64,000 nucleotides of DNA, from the NCBI GenBank assembly GCA_963847185.1, contig CAWJYV010000008.1, positions 320,001-384,000 of the forward strand, given 5' to 3'. Under the pieces are notes generated by a model, which worked only from the letters and a program-made list of their open reading frames with translations, was not told where the DNA came from and did no database searches. Made by a program: the position numbers and the translations under genes. Below, piece after piece: positions 61,317 to 64,000 of the stretch. The stretch is from an uncultured Methanosarcinaceae archaeon (GTDB lineage Archaea > Halobacteriota > Methanosarcinia > Methanosarcinales > Methanosarcinaceae). How positions within the stretch are numbered: position 1 is the first letter of the stretch; every line of letters starts with the position of its first letter.

Positions 61317-61889
61317 ATGTGGGTGAGCTTTGCACCTGAGTCCAGATTAATAATTGATTTTGTACTGGGACCAAGAAAACAGTATGTGGCAGACGAATTT
61401 GTAAATATTACAGATAAACATCTTTCAACTTTAAAACCTCTTTTTGTTACAGATGGATTAAAATTCTATGCTGAAGCTCTTTTGAAAAAATATGGTGATT
61501 TGGTAGAGTTTTCTAAAACTGGAAAGAGGGGAAGACCCAGAAAACCAGCAATAGTACCTAATGAAAATCTGAAATATGCTCAGGTTATCAAAAACAAACT
61601 GGGAAAGAAGCTTCAGAAAATTGAAAAAAGAGTAATCTTTGGTCAAAATATAGATCAAAGTGAAATTTCAACAAGTTTGCTTGAAAGACAAAATCTAACA
61701 TTTAGACAGGATAACAATAGAGTTTCAAGGAAGACAATAGGGTTTTCAAAGAAAATTGAGGGATTGTACAACCAAATGAGACTTTATTGCACTCATTTTA
61801 ACTTTTGTAGAGACCATAGAGGATTAAAAAAAGAAAGAAAATGGAGTTTTGGGAAAGAAAACACCAGCAGAAAAATATGGGATTACTAA
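61317..61889 (+). CDS. IS1 transposase catalytic part (InsB-like), frameshifted near the C-terminus
   Basis: TDG, ERQNLTFR, RKTIGFSK; usual TPA...GIT...WTL tail is in another frame. Confidence 0.8.
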   Translation: MWVSFAPESRLIIDFVLGPRKQYVADEFVNITDKHLSTLKPLFVTDGLKFYAEALLKKYGDLVEFSKTGKRGRPRKPAIVPNENLKYAQVIKNKLGKKLQKIEKRVIFGQNIDQSEISTSLLERQNLTFRQDNNRVSRKTIGFSKKIEGLYNQMRLYCTHFNFCRDHRGLKKERKWSFGKENTSRKIWDY

Positions 61890-62126
61890 AAATAAATGGA
61901 CATTAACAGATTTGTTAAATTATAGGAATAGAAAAATATCAACTAATTAATGAGGTGAAGCTTCGGTAAGTATGAATTTGGTACTTATAACACCTATATT
62001 TATAATACAGGTTGGGGTAAAGTACCTCTTAAACATTCATGCCCGGAACAATTAAATGGGCTAATAGTGAAAATAAACTAAAGGTAAGGATTTAGGACAA
62101 AGTTTCTAGGACAAAGTTTCAGATAT

Positions 62127-63155
62127 TTGAGGGTAAACATGGGTACAGACATAGGTATTCTCCTCCAGAAGAGAAAAGTTGAGCTACCGGATCTTGCAAA
62201 CCAGGTGATTGCTATTGATGCTTTTAATACACTTCACCAGTTTTTGAGCATTATCCGCCAGCGGGACGGGAGTCCTCTGGTCGATTCCGGAGGAAGAGTT
62301 ACTTCCCATCTCTCAGGCCTGCTCTATAGAACCGCGAGCCTTGTTGAAGTAGGAATCAAGCCTATTTTTGTTTTTGACGGCACGCCTCCTGAATTGAAAT
62401 CTCAGACTCTGGACAAAAGGAGAGAAATAAGGGAATCTGCACTTGAAAAATGGGAAAATGCAAAGGTTGAGGGAAATCTTGAGGCTGCTTATAAGTATGC
62501 TCAGGCTTCTTCTAAGGTAAATCCGGAGATTGTTGAAGACTCCAAATACCTTCTAAGTATTATGGGAATCCCTTTTATTCAGGCTCCATGCGAGGGAGAA
62601 GCGCAGGCTGCACATATGGTTCTTAAAAAAGATGCCGACTGTGTTGCTACTCAGGACTATGATTCTTTTCTTTTCGGAGCCAGAACAGTTGTCCGGAATC
62701 TAGCTGTCACAGGAAAACGAAAGCTTCCGGGAAAGAGTGCGTATGTCGACGTTGAACCTGAAATCATTGAACTGGAAGAATCCTTGAATTCTCTCGGCAT
62801 CAACAGGGAACAACTTATCGATATTGCAATATGCGTGGGCACGGATTATAATAAAGGCCTGGAGAAAGTTGGCCCTAAAACAGCTCTTAAACTTATCAAA
62901 AAGCATGGGGATATCTATAGCTTGCTCCGGGAAAAAGGTGTAATAATCGAAGCAGTGGAACAGATAAGAGAATTTTTTATCCGTCCTGATGTAACAGACG
63001 ACTATGAAATCAAATGGGGAAAACCTGATTCAGAAAAGCTTATCGAATTCCTTTCCGAGAAGCATGATTTCTCTGTTGACAGGGTGGAAAAAGCTGCAGA
63101 ACGCCTTAAAGCCGCTTCAGGTGCCAGACAGAAGACTCTTGATCAGTGGTTTTAA
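62127..63155 (+). CDS. fen: Flap endonuclease 1
   Basis: IDAFN, EGEAQ, GTDYN, C-terminal PIP box QKTLDQWF; likely start ATG 62139. Confidence 0.97.
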   Translation: MRVNMGTDIGILLQKRKVELPDLANQVIAIDAFNTLHQFLSIIRQRDGSPLVDSGGRVTSHLSGLLYRTASLVEVGIKPIFVFDGTPPELKSQTLDKRREIRESALEKWENAKVEGNLEAAYKYAQASSKVNPEIVEDSKYLLSIMGIPFIQAPCEGEAQAAHMVLKKDADCVATQDYDSFLFGARTVVRNLAVTGKRKLPGKSAYVDVEPEIIELEESLNSLGINREQLIDIAICVGTDYNKGLEKVGPKTALKLIKKHGDIYSLLREKGVIIEAVEQIREFFIRPDVTDDYEIKWGKPDSEKLIEFLSEKHDFSVDRVEKAAERLKAASGARQKTLDQWF

Positions 63156-63269
63156 CGGAACCTTCTATAATCGAGTTTTCTTTTATAACAGTATTTTTAA
63201 TCAAATTTTCCTTTTCCTTTCACATTTTTCTTATACAAATTCCCCCTTTAAGTATACAGGCAAGGAGGT

Positions 63270-64000
63270 TTGAGACTGAAAAAAGCAGGTCCAAACTTTT
63301 CTCAAAAAGAATTCCCTCATGCTCGTTTTCACGGAATCGTGGATCCTGAATTTTTCTCAACGTCCAGAGGACTCTATGCGGTCAAGTGGTCTTTCATCGG
63401 ATTGATAATTACAGCTTTTTTTCAAATTTATATTGTCTTGGTTTCAGGAAGTGTAGCCCTTCTTGCTGATACAATACATAATTTAGGGGATGCAGCAACC
63501 TCAATTCCTCTGGGTTTTGCCTTTCTTCTCTCCAGAAAAAAACCTAACGATCGCTTTACCTACGGTTACGGCAGAGCTGAAGACCTTGCAGGTTTGTTAA
63601 TTGTCTTTTTAATATTTCTCAGTGCGATTGTTGCTACCTATGAATCAATTTCCAGGCTTCTTAATCCGCAACCCGTAAAGTTTCTTGGATCTGTAATCTC
63701 AGCTTCTATTGTCGGCTTTCTGGGAAATGAACTGGTTGCAAGGTTTAGAATTAAAATAGGAGCAGAGATAGGTAGTGCTGCTCTTGTCGCTGACGGTTAC
63801 CATGCAAGGGCTGATGGCTTTACAAGTCTTGCAGTACTTTTCGGAGCACTTGGTGTCTGGTCCGGATACCCAATTGCGGATCCTCTCATAGGACTTTTTA
63901 TTACAATTGCAATCTTGCGAACTGTCTGGAAAGCAGGAAAATCCGTATTTTCCCGAATTCTTGACGGAGTAGAGCCTGGAGTTGTTGATGAAGTGCGGCA
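63270..64000 (+). CDS. Cation diffusion facilitator (CDF) transporter, partial
   Basis: SD aggagg then TTG; SVALLADTIHNLGD, FTYGYGRAE, ADGYHARAD. Confidence 0.88.
   Translation, partial: MRLKKAGPNFSQKEFPHARFHGIVDPEFFSTSRGLYAVKWSFIGLIITAFFQIYIVLVSGSVALLADTIHNLGDAATSIPLGFAFLLSRKKPNDRFTYGYGRAEDLAGLLIVFLIFLSAIVATYESISRLLNPQPVKFLGSVISASIVGFLGNELVARFRIKIGAEIGSAALVADGYHARADGFTSLAVLFGALGVWSGYPIADPLIGLFITIAILRTVWKAGKSVFSRILDGVEPGVVDEVR

Larger units (their letters stand above)
60801..61954 (+). mobile_element. IS1-family insertion sequence, probably inactive
   Basis: Imperfect TIRs (cctcatt...tagttgatatt / aatatcaacta...aatgagg), 9 bp direct repeat gtgaagctt at 60792 and 61955. Confidence 0.88.

Overview
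AT-rich archaeal window that looks like Methanosarcina (methanogenesis marker cluster mmp3/6/5/15/17/7 with AtwA, RamA-type activase, split archaeal glutamate synthase plus glnA, GGGP synthase, aIF-5A, FEN1, SRP RNA, tRNA-Ser, an IS1 element). The standout is the apparent 9 kb gene desert at 10.9-20 kb, which lies between an ABC-2 exporter and duplicated MacB/LolD-type ABC modules. It holds two convergent arrays of tiny genes that the ORF track misses: 21 ORFs of 23-35 aa in four paralogous families plus one divergent singleton. Almost all have their own GGAGG-like ribosome-binding site, and paralogs differ mostly by synonymous or conservative changes. The peptides are hydrophobic, rich in aromatic and beta-branched residues, have no obvious leader, and no modifying enzyme is encoded nearby. 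This suggests an undescribed amplified micropeptide system (secreted amyloid/PSM-like or archaeocin-like peptides); the function is inference only. Also seen: a duplicated ~95-100 nt structured sRNA between purB and ramA, a shared nitrogen-type operator at the glnA and glt promoters, MITEs and several pseudogenes. All coordinates for unlisted ORFs were counted by hand.
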